A stretch of 62,044 nt of DNA, filler included, from 5 parts of 5 records of this genome joined end to end with filler, not necessarily neighbours in it, one strand, 5' to 3'; counted from the first letter of the whole stretch, positions 51,083 through 61,833 are shown. Notes: generated from the sequence alone by a model not told the origin. Made by a program: numbers and translations.

Positions 51083-51682
51083 GTGAAAAGAGGAATAAAA
51101 CTAATCGGTGCATTGAGCCTTGCTACAGTGCTTTTATACGGCTGCGATAATGCTGGAACTTCTACTACGACTGGCGAAACCGCTTCCAAAGAAGTAAAAC
51201 AAGGTGATTTGAACGTTGCTTTTGTTTTCACAGATAGCGTGATCAATAAGTATGATTACTTTAAAGCGAAGTCTGAAGAGCTAACTGAAAAAGGAAAGAA
51301 ATTTGAAGGAGATCTTCAAGGAAGAGCGAACGGCTTTCAGCAAGAAGTTCAAACTTTCCAACAAACTGGTGGTAACATGACTGTGAACCAGCAGAGAGCT
51401 AAGCAAGAAGAATTGGCTAAAAAAGAGCAAAACCTGATGACTTATCGTGATAATTTGATGCAAGAATTATCTGCTGATGAAGCTGCCCTTTATAGTGAAG
51501 TATACGACAGAGTTCAGAAATATCTTAAGTCTTATGCTCAGAGCAACGATCTTGATGTGATTTTGAGCTACACTAGAGGTGGAGCAGTTTGGTACGCGAA
51601 TGACGCTATTGATCTTACTACATCTGTAATCGAAGGATTAAACAAAGAGTATACGTCTGCTCCTGCAGACACAGCTAAATAA
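51083..51682 (+). CDS. OmpH/Skp-family protein with lipoprotein-type signal
   Basis: VAFVFTDSVINKY, long coiled coil, DLT..VI.GLN; lipobox LYGC. Confidence 0.85.
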   Translation: MKRGIKLIGALSLATVLLYGCDNAGTSTTTGETASKEVKQGDLNVAFVFTDSVINKYDYFKAKSEELTEKGKKFEGDLQGRANGFQQEVQTFQQTGGNMTVNQQRAKQEELAKKEQNLMTYRDNLMQELSADEAALYSEVYDRVQKYLKSYAQSNDLDVILSYTRGGAVWYANDAIDLTTSVIEGLNKEYTSAPADTAK

Positions 51683-51707
51683 GCTGTACTACATCTTCCA
51701 AATATTG

Positions 51708-51733
51708 AAACCCAGCTTAGGCTGGGTTTTTTT
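51708..51733 (+). terminator. Intrinsic terminator
   Basis: AAACCCAGC-TTAG-GCTGGGTTT plus T-run. Confidence 0.85.
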
Positions 51734-51780
51734 GTGGGGAAAAATTGGGTATTTTTGAAGCTCTAACGAAAATTTATAGA

Positions 51781-52650
51781 ATGAAAATCACTGAATTTTT
51801 AAAGCATAATTACCGTCACTTCAACGCTGCGGCCTTGATCGATGCCGCTGAAGGTTACAAAAGTCATTTGGATAATGGCGGAAAAATGATGGTAACACTT
51901 GCCGGCGCAATGTCTACTGCTGAGTTGGGTATTTCACTAGCAGAGATGATACGTCAGGACAAGATTCAAATAATCACTTGTACTGGTGCAAATTTGGAAG
52001 AAGATGTGTTCAATTTGGTTGCTCATGATTACTATGAGCGGATTCCAAATTACCGTGAACTAACCCCAGCGCAAGAGCAGGATTTGGTTGAGCGACACAT
52101 GAATCGCGTTACGGATACATGTATTCCAGAAATGGAAGCGATGCGAAGAATTGAAAATGTGATTTTGGAAGAATGGGTGAAAGCTGATGAAGCGGGTGAA
52201 TCATTTTTCCCACATGAGTTTTTCTATAAAATCTTACTTTCAGGAAAATTAGAAGAGTCATATCAAATTGATCCAAAGGATAGCTGGTTGCTTGAAGCTG
52301 CCAAAAAGAATATTCCAATCATAGTTCCAGGATGGGAAGATTCCACATTGGGAAACATGTTTGCAGGTCACGTGATCACGGGAGATGTGAAGAATGTGCA
52401 TACAGTTAGAACAGGCATTGAGTACATGATTTACCTAGCAGATTGGTATACAAATAATGCTACAGAGGAAAGTACTGTTGGATTTTTCCAGATTGGCGGG
52501 GGAATTGCAGGAGACTTCCCTATATGTGTGGTGCCGATGTTGCATCAGGATCTACAAAGAACGAATGTGCCACTTTGGGGGTACTTCTGTCAGATCTCTG
52601 ATTCGACCACTTCTTACGGTTCGTATTCTGGAGCTGTTCCAAATGAAAAA
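51781..52650 (+). CDS. Deoxyhypusine synthase-like protein, 3'-truncated
   Basis: HFNAA, LAGAMSTAELG, CTGANLEED, IGGGIAGDF, YGSYSGAVPNEK. Confidence 0.92.
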
Positions 52651-52750
52651 NNNNNNNNNNNNNNNNNNNNNNNNNNNNNNNNNNNNNNNNNNNNTTAATT
52701 AATTAANNNNNNNNNNNNNNNNNNNNNNNNNNNNNNNNNNNNNNNNNNNN
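52651..52750. other. Artificial contig linker
   Basis: N-run + TTAATTAATTAA + N-run. Confidence 0.99.
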
Positions 52751-52751
52751 A

Positions 52752-53996
52752 GAAATTGAGCTTGCCGAAGCAGAAATGCCGGGCCTTATGGCCTTGCGTG
52801 AAGAATACGGGCAACAACAGCCTTTAAAAGGAGCCCGAATAGCAGGGTGTTTGCATATGACCATCCAGACTGCTGTTTTGATTGAAACATTGGTCGCACT
52901 GGGTGCTGACGTTACCTGGAGTTCTTGCAACATTTTCTCTACTCAAGATCACGCTGCCGCTGCAATCGCCGCTGCTGGAATTCCTGTGTATGCCTGGAAA
53001 GGTATGAACGAAAAGGAATTTGACTGGTGCATTGAGCAAACCTTGTTTTTTGGCGAGGACAGAAAGCCTTTGAACATGATTTTGGACGATGGTGGCGACC
53101 TTACCAATATGGTGTTGGACCAATATCCAGAACTGGCAGGAGGTGTTAAAGGATTGTCAGAAGAAACCACCACAGGGGTTCACCGCTTGTACGAAAGAAT
53201 GAAAAAAGGAACACTTCCGATGCCCGCCATTAACGTGAACGATTCTGTGACCAAATCCAAGTTTGATAATAAATATGGATGTCGCGAAAGTGCCGTGGAT
53301 GCCATCCGTAGGGCCACTGACACCATGTTGGCCGGTAAACGCGTAGTGGTTGCAGGTTATGGCGATGTTGGAAAAGGTACGGCTGCATCTTTCCGTGGTG
53401 CAGGATCTATTGTGACCGTTACCGAAATCGACCCGATTTGTGCCCTACAAGCCTGTATGGACGGTTTTGAAGTGAAAAAACTGGAAACCGTTGTATCCAA
53501 TGCCGATATCGTGATAACCACAACAGGCAACAAAGATATTATTCGAGAGGAGCATTTCCGTGCTTTAAAAGACAAGGCCATTGTCTGCAACATTGGACAT
53601 TTTGACAATGAAATAGATATGGCTTGGTTGAACGGTACATATGGAAATACCAAGAATGAAATAAAACCTCAAGTGGACAAATATACGATTGACGGGAAAG
53701 ATGTCATCATTTTGGCAGAAGGTAGACTGGTAAACCTTGGTTGTGCCACTGGACATCCAAGTTTTGTAATGAGCAACTCGTTTACCAACCAGACCTTGGC
53801 GCAAATTGAGCTTTGGAACCACAATGACAAATATGCAAATGAAGTGTACATGCTTCCGAAGCATTTAGACGAAAAAGTGGCCAAACTGCACTTGTCTCGT
53901 CTGGGTGCCGAGTTAACAGAGCTTAACGAAGAACAAGCTGAATATATTGGTGTAACCGTAGAAGGTCCTTTTAAACCTGAATACTATCGATACTAA
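52752..53996 (+). CDS. ahcY: Adenosylhomocysteinase, 5'-truncated
   Basis: [57 protein letters not shown]. Confidence 0.98.
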   Translation, partial: EIELAEAEMPGLMALREEYGQQQPLKGARIAGCLHMTIQTAVLIETLVALGADVTWSSCNIFSTQDHAAAAIAAAGIPVYAWKGMNEKEFDWCIEQTLFFGEDRKPLNMILDDGGDLTNMVLDQYPELAGGVKGLSEETTTGVHRLYERMKKGTLPMPAINVNDSVTKSKFDNKYGCRESAVDAIRRATDTMLAGKRVVVAGYGDVGKGTAASFRGAGSIVTVTEIDPICALQACMDGFEVKKLETVVSNADIVITTTGNKDIIREEHFRALKDKAIVCNIGHFDNEIDMAWLNGTYGNTKNEIKPQVDKYTIDGKDVIILAEGRLVNLGCATGHPSFVMSNSFTNQTLAQIELWNHNDKYANEVYMLPKHLDEKVAKLHLSRLGAELTELNEEQAEYIGVTVEGPFKPEYYRY

Positions 53997-54016
53997 ACAC
54001 CAAAGGATTAAAAAGC

Positions 54017-54047
54017 AAAAACCCATGGCAAACACCATGGGTTTTTT
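54017..54047. terminator. Bidirectional terminator
   Basis: AAAAACCCATGG...CCATGGGTTTTTT between convergent genes. Confidence 0.88.
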
Positions 54048-54063
54048 ATTGAGAAAAATTTTA

Positions 54064-54642
54064 TTAATCTGCCAATAGGGTCTCTCCATAGTAGCAGGTC
54101 TTGTTTTCTTCCAACAAGGCCAGACCTTCTTCCCTTGTGCTATTTGGGTCGATTTTTATTTCTTCACCATTGGGCATGTAAACAATGTAGAATCCTTCTT
54201 CAAAAGAGGAAAGTTTAATGATCTCACCGTTAGGACGAACGGCATTCCAAGATTTTTCACCCGGTTTGTACACCAAATCGATTTTCTTTCCTTTTTTTGG
54301 GCCTTCCACCACGGTTACCTGAATTCTGTTCTTGGTGGCGATCATTTCAAAAGTGTTGCCATCGTGCTCCACCATTTGGGTTTCCGACTCTCCATCTTTC
54401 ATGGCTATCGGGTTAGATCCGGACCAAAATTCGATTACGTTGAAGATAAGGGTATCTCCCAAGAAAAAAAGTGGATATACCGGCACAATGTTCAATCCCC
54501 AAAAAATGAGGTTGTCCAAAAACCTACTATCCGTTAATCCTTGGTTCCAATCTTTCAAATTATTGAAGGCGCTAAAAGAACCTAAGCAACTGGTAAACAA
54601 AATAGAGCAGGCCAATAGTGAAGAAATAATAACTTTTTTCAT
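54064..54642 (-). CDS. DUF3332-family lipoprotein
   Basis: Lipobox FTSC; GSF, WN, PVY, IFNVIEFWSGSNP. Confidence 0.8.
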   Translation of the reverse strand: MKKVIISSLLACSILFTSCLGSFSAFNNLKDWNQGLTDSRFLDNLIFWGLNIVPVYPLFFLGDTLIFNVIEFWSGSNPIAMKDGESETQMVEHDGNTFEMIATKNRIQVTVVEGPKKGKKIDLVYKPGEKSWNAVRPNGEIIKLSSFEEGFYIVYMPNGEEIKIDPNSTREEGLALLEENKTCYYGETLLAD

Positions 54643-54800
54643 GATATAAGATTTATAGTTAATGCTATTGAAGGTACAAAAGATTTTGATTTTAGGTTTT
54701 CTAGAATCTCATTTCGACACATTTAATTGATCCGCCGGCAAAAAAATTACTAGGCATCAAATCTTGATTCTTACCTTTATTGGTTCAAAAGAGGAATGTT

Positions 54801-55913
54801 ATGAATGACCATTGGTACGACATTAAAAATATTGAAACGGTTGATTCTCCATCCATCGCTCTATACCTGGAACATCTCAAGTTCAACATTGAGGAGATGG
54901 TCTCGATGGTACATGGGCAAACGGATAGGTTGATGCCGCACATCAAGACCAACAAAATGCCGCGGGTCATGAAGCTTTTACTGGAGTCGGGAATCTCAAA
55001 ATTCAAGGCTTCCACTATTTCTGAAGCAGAGATTGCTGCAGAGGCAGGGGCCACTGCTGTTCTTATTGCGCATCAGTTGGTGGGACCAAAGTTGGATCGT
55101 TTTCTACGTTTGATGGAACACTACCCAAATACAGCGTTTTCAACTTTAGTGGACAACGTGGACAGTGCGGAACTTTTGAACCAAAAAGCCGAGGAAACAG
55201 AACTTATTGCCAACATTTATATTGATATCAACAATGGAATGGACCGGTCCGGAATCCAAATTGGTCCAAGACTGGACGAGCTCATCAACTATTTAAAAAT
55301 ATGCAAATCGCTCAACTTTAAAGGGCTGCACGCGTACGATGGCCACCTAAGGGATTCAGATTTTGAGGTGCGCAACCAAAAGATAGAACAAGGGGTGATG
55401 GATGTAGTGGTTTATTTTGATGCACTAAGGATAGATTACCCCCAAGCTCAATTGATATGTGGAGGAACACCATCATTCACATCTCATTTGCTCCAAGAAA
55501 ACAGAATCACCAGCCCTGGTACCTGTGTGCTTTGGGATTGGGGATATGGTGAAAAATTGACGGAACAAAATTTCAAACATGCCGCACTATTGGTTACACG
55601 AATCATTTCCAAACCCACCGAAGGGATTATAACCGTAGATTTGGGGCATAAATCGGTGGCGGCCGAAAATCCTATTGACAAGCGCGTTAAGTTCCTCAAC
55701 ATTGATGACTACGAACTGCTTTCACAAAGTGAGGAACACGGGGTGATCAAAGTAAAGGATTGGGACAAATACAAAGTTGGTGATGTCCTGTACGGCATTC
55801 CGTATCATATTTGCCCCAGTATCAATCTTCATGATGAAGTTTCGGTTATAGAGAACGGCAAAAAAGTGGATACCTGGGAAATTACCGCCCGTAAACGAAA
55901 ACTAAGGTTTTAA
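54801..55913 (+). CDS. D-threonine aldolase/alanine-racemase-fold PLP enzyme
   Basis: PHIKTNK, GMDRSG, HAYDGH, GGTP, SEEH, PYHICP. Confidence 0.88.
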   Translation: MNDHWYDIKNIETVDSPSIALYLEHLKFNIEEMVSMVHGQTDRLMPHIKTNKMPRVMKLLLESGISKFKASTISEAEIAAEAGATAVLIAHQLVGPKLDRFLRLMEHYPNTAFSTLVDNVDSAELLNQKAEETELIANIYIDINNGMDRSGIQIGPRLDELINYLKICKSLNFKGLHAYDGHLRDSDFEVRNQKIEQGVMDVVVYFDALRIDYPQAQLICGGTPSFTSHLLQENRITSPGTCVLWDWGYGEKLTEQNFKHAALLVTRIISKPTEGIITVDLGHKSVAAENPIDKRVKFLNIDDYELLSQSEEHGVIKVKDWDKYKVGDVLYGIPYHICPSINLHDEVSVIENGKKVDTWEITARKRKLRF

Positions 55914-56924
55914 GTCCAGCGCCTTTTTCAGGTCGTAGAAATAAAAGTTTTTTTCATCGTTCATGGCGGCGAAAAGACCATTTGGGAACGTATCGTTCAA
56001 TGGCACAGTGACCACATCGCAACCATCGGTTTCCAAGGTAGATAGGTTTACGGCTTTTACAAAACTATTGTCCTTTCGGGAGAATATATTGAACTGTCCG
56101 CGCTGTTGATCGGAAACTATGATGTACCCTTCTCCGTTGGCATATCTGGCAATGGCAATACCTTCTATATCCTCCAAGAACAGTTCACCACCGAAACAGG
56201 CCAATTCTTCATTGCCCATACTTGGTTCAGCATAATATTTTTTTACGCATTCACCTTCATCGGAATAGTATACATAGCCCATTTCGTTGTCCACAGCTAT
56301 GGCCTCGATTTCCTTTCCTCCTGTAAAACTTCCGAATTTACGAACCAAAGTAGACGACACACCTGTGCTGTCCGATCCCAGTTTATATTGATACAAATAC
56401 GAACCACTTGGTCCTATCTTTCTGCCGACAATCGCATATAGGGATGAATCCTTTGGAGATTTGTACAGACTAATTCCCATGGCCAAACGTTGTTCCACGT
56501 CGGTTTCATCTTCAAATACGGGAAAACCACCACCATCGAGCGGTTTCATGTCGGGCACGGAGAACAATCTGATCTGTTGTTTTTCCCGTTCGGTAAAAGC
56601 GATTACATCAACGGCAACGGAATCGTTCAGCTGAAACCCATATTCCAAATCTACATTGTTGGGTCTTTGGATGTTTTTGATGGATTTCTCCTCAATGATC
56701 TTACCATCAAGGTCAAAGGCATAAACACCGCCGTTGGTCTCTTTATCGGTTCCGAACACAATACTTTTGGATGCATCGTCCGGATTGATCCAAATAGCGG
56801 GATCATCGGTGTCGTTCGGCGTTTTTTCTGTGATTATATCTGGGGCAATAGCTGGCAGTTTGCTTCCTTGATTGCACGAGGTTAATGCAACAGCAGCTAT
56901 AATTGGTATAAATATTTTTCTCAT
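55902..56924 (-). CDS. Beta-propeller phytase, lipoprotein
   Basis: Lipobox LTSC; DTDDPAIW, GTDK, PNNVD, EIEAIAVD, DIEGI, VSDQQ, ETDG. Confidence 0.93.
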   Translation of the reverse strand: MRKIFIPIIAAVALTSCNQGSKLPAIAPDIITEKTPNDTDDPAIWINPDDASKSIVFGTDKETNGGVYAFDLDGKIIEEKSIKNIQRPNNVDLEYGFQLNDSVAVDVIAFTEREKQQIRLFSVPDMKPLDGGGFPVFEDETDVEQRLAMGISLYKSPKDSSLYAIVGRKIGPSGSYLYQYKLGSDSTGVSSTLVRKFGSFTGGKEIEAIAVDNEMGYVYYSDEGECVKKYYAEPSMGNEELACFGGELFLEDIEGIAIARYANGEGYIIVSDQQRGQFNIFSRKDNSFVKAVNLSTLETDGCDVVTVPLNDTFPNGLFAAMNDEKNFYFYDLKKALDLKP

Positions 56925-57017
56925 ATTGATAATTAAGATAGGAAATGCCAGTCCCAAGCGCCTACCCTTATTGGCAGGCACTTGTTGTGACACCGTATAT
57001 AAATATACTACCTGAAA

Positions 57018-59921
57018 TTATTTTCTAAACAAATCGTACTTTAAACCAAAGGTGAATCTTACGCTGTAAAATTCTGCTTGTTGAGTTCTTTCCTTTACGC
57101 TTTGGAAATAGCGCAGAGGCTGGTTCGTAATATTGTTCACATCGGTATAGATTCTCAAATTGTTGGTGATGGCGTAGCTGGCATTAAAATCCAAGAAAAA
57201 CTGGGTATCATAATACCTGTCCTCAAAAGCATTGCCTCCTATTTCATCGATATAAGAATCCGAGAAGTTAGCGGATAGCCTGGCGCTGAACCTTTTATCG
57301 GCATAGCCCAAAGAGCCATTGAACATATTTGGAGAGGTGTTTGGCAAATCCAAATCGGTACGTTCGTCACCATCTTCGTTGCGAATACCGTCCGCACTTG
57401 AAGACAAGTAGGTGTAGTTTAAATAGATGCTAAAGTTCCTGGCAAAACCGGGCAAGAAGTCCAACTGTCTCTGGAACGATACCTCAGCTCCAAAAATGGA
57501 AGCAGAATCGCCGTTCAATGGCTGGAACACATCATAACCCGTAGTTCCGGAACCGAATGAATCATCTTCTGCTTCGGTAATGTAAGTGTAGATAAAATCG
57601 TTTATTCTTTTATAAAACAATCCACCTGATACAATTCCAACACTTTCAAAGTAGTGCTCGGCGTTCAAATCAAAGTTCATTGAGGTAGTTGGATCCAATT
57701 CCGGATTACCTACGATAACCTCCTCGTCCTCGTTTACGATTTCCGACCTTGGAATAAGGTCCACGTAATTTGGGCGGGCCAAAGTATTTGTCCATGCAAA
57801 TCGTAAAACAGTGCTGTTGTCCAAGTCATATTTAAAGTGAATGCCCGGCAATACATTGGTATACGAATTCTCGTCCGAAACCCCTTCAACCTCTATACTT
57901 TCTTCGATTCCTGCATCTTCGTCTTCCTCAATATAAACTACTCTGTTTCCTTCGGAGTCAAGTTTAGTATTCTCCACTCTAACACCTGCAAGTACGCTCA
58001 ATTTGTCGGAAAGTTTTTGGTTGAACATTAAATAAGCCGCCAGAACGTTCTCCTTTACCTCGAAATTCCCAGGAAGGTACTCGTCCGGCAAAGCTTCGCC
58101 ATTTGTACTATTCAAGTCGAGTGTTCCCAACCATTCTTCGCTGGCAAAGTTTCCGGCTTGGAACTTCTCTCCTGCCAAGTAATCTGGATCCGTGTAATTT
58201 TTTACGGGAACTGCGCCCAACGTTGGGTACAAATCCTCCAAATCATATTCGAAGAAATCGTTGTTTCTCAATTTGGTCTTAAAACGACCTCTTGCTCCAA
58301 ATTTGATAAATCCATCTCCCTGACCAAAAATATCGGCCGGCAACTCAAAGTTTGCAAAGAAGTTAATGTCTTCTTCTTCCGTATACTGATTTTCATTGGT
58401 AATCTCATCAAACTCAAAGTTATCCAAGTTATTAAAGTCACTTGGATCTGCGGCCGTCATTATGGGATACTTTGGGTAGCTGTTATCGTTGTTGATGATA
58501 TATTCGGCTGCATAGGCGGCGTAACGCTCGTTCAAACGTTCTTCGGATGCTTTGGCATAAGCTCCCATCCAATCAAACTTTAGATTTCCAAAAAGATGGT
58601 CACCGCCCAAAGTGTAATTCTGCATACGCTGGTCCTCCAACCTACGGTTTTTGTTTCTTCCCCCTGCAATTCCACCTTTGGATTCGCGCACGGCCTCAAT
58701 TGGAAAACGTGTAGGAACTCCATTGGTTATGATAAAATCTCCTTCTTCTATATCCTCGCCGTCCAATATCTCTTGGGCAAATGCAAATCGGTTCTCACGA
58801 TCGTCTCTCCAGTTGTACATCGTTTTTAGGTAGATGTTGTTGGCAGCATTGATCTGATAATCAAAATTGGCAGAAAAACTTCTTCTTACTCTTTGCACCA
58901 AATAGGTGCGTTGCTCGGTAACATTGGTATACGGATTTACATCCATTTCTTCAAGAATAGGCTCGCCTTCTTCATCTTCGACCCCCGTATTGTATTCAAA
59001 CTCGTTGTCCCACTCGGCTTCAATATTATCGGAACCAAAGTCGTTATCGTTGATTGTTGCGGAGAACATGTAACCAAACTTTCCATCATTGGTACGGTCT
59101 CCCACCAAAATGGACCCGTTCCAGATCCGCTTGTCGGTAATAAAATTTACCCCAGAACCAGCTGTAGCAGAAAGCCTAAAACCTTGTGGTGCCGTCCTGG
59201 TCACCAAGTTTACGGAACCACCCAATGCATCACCGTCCATATCAGGGGTAACCGCCTTGTTTACTTCAATGGTCTGAATCATGTCCGAAGGAATAAGGTC
59301 CATTTGAACATTTCTGTTATCGGATTCTGCAGAAGGAATCCTGCTTCCGTTCAAGGTAACGGAGTTTAACTGTGGAGAAAGACCACGTACGATAATGTTA
59401 CGCGCCTCTCCCTGATCTACCTGCATGGTAATGCCCGGAATACGCTTAACAGCATCACCAATGTTAGCATCGGGGAATTTTCCAATCTGGTCGGTAGAGA
59501 CCACGTTGGTGATGTTCATATTATTTCTCTGCGTATTCAATGCTTTGGATTGTCCACTAAGTCCGTAAGCACTCACCTGAACTTCATCCAATTCCATATT
59601 CGAGGATTGAAGCGTAATACTCACAGGGGTGGTTTGTCCCGCACTCACACTTACTTCCTGCTCAACATCGGAGTAACCCATATAGGTTATCCTTAAGGTA
59701 TAGCTCCCTTCGGGAATGCCCACCAAAGTAAATTTTCCATCAAAATTGGAAATGGCTCCTTTTACCAAGGATTCGATATACACATTGGCACCGGGAACAT
59801 AGATACCGTTCTCATCGGTAATCGTACCCTGAATATTTCCTGATTGTGCTTGGCCCATTGCAGTTCCGAGCACCATAAACAGCGTTACGGAAAGTAGTTT
59901 TTTTAGGTTCATCAATTTCAT
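57018..59921 (-). CDS. TonB-dependent receptor (phytase-associated, non-SusC)
   Basis: Signal peptide, carboxypeptidase-regulatory-like N-domain, plug IGKFPDANIGDAVKRIPG, KAVTPDMDGDALGG, barrel with GNPEL.P. Confidence 0.93.
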   Translation of the reverse strand: MKLMNLKKLLSVTLFMVLGTAMGQAQSGNIQGTITDENGIYVPGANVYIESLVKGAISNFDGKFTLVGIPEGSYTLRITYMGYSDVEQEVSVSAGQTTPVSITLQSSNMELDEVQVSAYGLSGQSKALNTQRNNMNITNVVSTDQIGKFPDANIGDAVKRIPGITMQVDQGEARNIIVRGLSPQLNSVTLNGSRIPSAESDNRNVQMDLIPSDMIQTIEVNKAVTPDMDGDALGGSVNLVTRTAPQGFRLSATAGSGVNFITDKRIWNGSILVGDRTNDGKFGYMFSATINDNDFGSDNIEAEWDNEFEYNTGVEDEEGEPILEEMDVNPYTNVTEQRTYLVQRVRRSFSANFDYQINAANNIYLKTMYNWRDDRENRFAFAQEILDGEDIEEGDFIITNGVPTRFPIEAVRESKGGIAGGRNKNRRLEDQRMQNYTLGGDHLFGNLKFDWMGAYAKASEERLNERYAAYAAEYIINNDNSYPKYPIMTAADPSDFNNLDNFEFDEITNENQYTEEEDINFFANFELPADIFGQGDGFIKFGARGRFKTKLRNNDFFEYDLEDLYPTLGAVPVKNYTDPDYLAGEKFQAGNFASEEWLGTLDLNSTNGEALPDEYLPGNFEVKENVLAAYLMFNQKLSDKLSVLAGVRVENTKLDSEGNRVVYIEEDEDAGIEESIEVEGVSDENSYTNVLPGIHFKYDLDNSTVLRFAWTNTLARPNYVDLIPRSEIVNEDEEVIVGNPELDPTTSMNFDLNAEHYFESVGIVSGGLFYKRINDFIYTYITEAEDDSFGSGTTGYDVFQPLNGDSASIFGAEVSFQRQLDFLPGFARNFSIYLNYTYLSSSADGIRNEDGDERTDLDLPNTSPNMFNGSLGYADKRFSARLSANFSDSYIDEIGGNAFEDRYYDTQFFLDFNASYAITNNLRIYTDVNNITNQPLRYFQSVKERTQQAEFYSVRFTFGLKYDLFRK

Positions 59922-59945
59922 TTTGGTTTACGTTAGAATGCTTTC

Positions 59946-60037
59946 CAAAACTATGTATATCAACTCTTTATGATTTAAATTAAAGGGAAACAAAAAGGAA
60001 ACAAAAGTGAAAATCGATAGAAACAATAGGGCAACAA
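59946..60037 (-). promoter_or_regulatory. Receptor/phytase promoter with phased operator array
   Basis: TAGTTTTG -7 element at 59946-59953; GAAACAA-like heptamers at 59987, 59998, 60009, 60020, 60031. Confidence 0.65.
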
Positions 60038-60092
60038 TTACGGTTTTTTTACATTGGGGTAACCTTTTTTAAAAAAGAAAGGCGATAAGCTC

Positions 60093-61682
60093 TTAAAGTT
60101 CAATCATAAAGTTGACCAACTCTTCTTTTTGGTCAATGGGCAACTTTTTTCTCAATCGATAACGGGCCACTCTAACGCTATCTGGCGTCACCCGCAATAT
60201 GGATGCTATTTCCTTTGAAGATAGATTTAGACGCAACAACATTCCCAATCGTAATTCTGCCGGGGATAATGAATCCTCCGAAAGCATCGAAAGTTTCTTG
60301 ATAAACTCTGGGTGGATCTCCTTAAAAAAAGTCATAAACTCGTCCCATTCCTGTTCCTGTTTTAGATTAAAATCTATCTCGTTGACCAGTTCCTTTATTT
60401 TGTCCGAAGTATTCATATGTTTTCGTGAGACCATATTCCGAAGCGTGTTGGACATATCGAGCAAAATCTTGTTCTTTTGGGAGAGGTGTAGGCTATATCG
60501 CGATAAAGAGGCTGCTTTTAACTGCACTTCGCGCTGTAAGTTTTGTTCCTCAATGGCTTTTTTGTCCAACTCTGCCTTGAGCATACGGTGTTTATACTCC
60601 TGAATCTTCAACGTAGCCTTCCGCTTTCTGCCCATATAGTAAAAGAGAATTATAAAAATAACGGCTATGGCGAATAGTGCAACCCAAAGCAAATTCTGAT
60701 TGGCAACACTTACCTTGTTCTGCTCCTTCAATAGTTGAATCTCTGCTTCCTTCTTATTGGTCTCATAAATGGTTTGCAGCACGTTCAATTGGTCATAATT
60801 TTGAGACCGTAGCATTTCACTGCTATATGCTTCAGCAAGAAGCAGATGCTCGTGAGCCTTTTCAAAATTGCCCATGAGGGCGTAGTTCTTGGAAAGGTCC
60901 TTGTGTGCACTCTCCAATTGATGTAGGTCGTTCAACTCTTTAGCGAGATTCAAGGCTTTGGTTGTATGTTCCAACCCTGATTGATAATCACCTCTTTTTC
61001 GAAATGAATCACCAAGGTTGTTCAGCACATTGATTTCTTCTGTAGTTCGTGAACCTTGGAGATGGTCATAGGCCTTTTTGAAGTATTCGTACGCCAGCTC
61101 AAATTCCTCCAAATCTTCATAAACACTTCCAATGTTTTCATTGGTAATAGCAACACCAAAGTCATCATTCTGCTTCTGAAATAAATCCAGACTACGCCTT
61201 TGGTCTTGGAGGGCTTCGTCATATTCGGATTGTTTTTCGTGGCTCGCTCCCAACAAACCTAGTGAAGTGGCCAAACCTTTATCATCTTTGAGTTGTTCTG
61301 ATGCTTTTTTGGTTTCCTCAAAATATTGTTCGGCCAATTCAAAATTGTTCAATGAAAGATATACTTTACCAATATTATTGTTGAGTGTGATGTACAGAGA
61401 ATCCTCCAAATTGGACCCTAACTGTTCCAATGCAGAATTGTATTGCGCTATGGCTTCGGTATATAGGCCGAGTGTGTGATAGTACTCACCCAATTGAAGA
61501 TAGGCTTGGGCGATTTGAGCCGGATTTTCGGGATGCTTTTTTACAATCTCCAATTGACTTTGAAGTGCATTGTAAGTATCCGTAGTTTTTCTATTCGTTA
61601 TAGGTACATTGGTCTGTTGTCCCGAACCGCCCATCGGGATCAATAAACTGAACAAAAAAACAAAACCAAAAACATTTTTCAT
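60093..61682 (-). CDS. Membrane-spanning TPR sensor with C-terminal LuxR-type HTH
   Basis: Signal peptide, multiple TPRs, TM (LLWVALFAIAVIFIILFYY), coiled coil, LSPAELRLGMLLRLNLSSKEIASIL....SVRVARYRLRKKL. Confidence 0.9.
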   Translation of the reverse strand: MKNVFGFVFLFSLLIPMGGSGQQTNVPITNRKTTDTYNALQSQLEIVKKHPENPAQIAQAYLQLGEYYHTLGLYTEAIAQYNSALEQLGSNLEDSLYITLNNNIGKVYLSLNNFELAEQYFEETKKASEQLKDDKGLATSLGLLGASHEKQSEYDEALQDQRRSLDLFQKQNDDFGVAITNENIGSVYEDLEEFELAYEYFKKAYDHLQGSRTTEEINVLNNLGDSFRKRGDYQSGLEHTTKALNLAKELNDLHQLESAHKDLSKNYALMGNFEKAHEHLLLAEAYSSEMLRSQNYDQLNVLQTIYETNKKEAEIQLLKEQNKVSVANQNLLWVALFAIAVIFIILFYYMGRKRKATLKIQEYKHRMLKAELDKKAIEEQNLQREVQLKAASLSRYSLHLSQKNKILLDMSNTLRNMVSRKHMNTSDKIKELVNEIDFNLKQEQEWDEFMTFFKEIHPEFIKKLSMLSEDSLSPAELRLGMLLRLNLSSKEIASILRVTPDSVRVARYRLRKKLPIDQKEELVNFMIEL

Positions 61683-61779
61683 GGTGGGTTATTGAGCAAA
61701 AAGCAAAAGTTCAAGTACGCTTTTGATCCTCACTCCAACATCACCATTGGGTTAATAAACCATTAAAAATTGAGGCAAT

Positions 61780-61808
61780 AAAAAAGGCCCTGCAAATGCA
61801 GGACCTTT
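61780..61808 (-). terminator. Terminator after rpmA
   Basis: A6-GGCCCTGCA...TGCAGGACC-TTT. Confidence 0.75.
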
Positions 61809-61833
61809 CCGTATTAACTTTTATAAATCGCTG

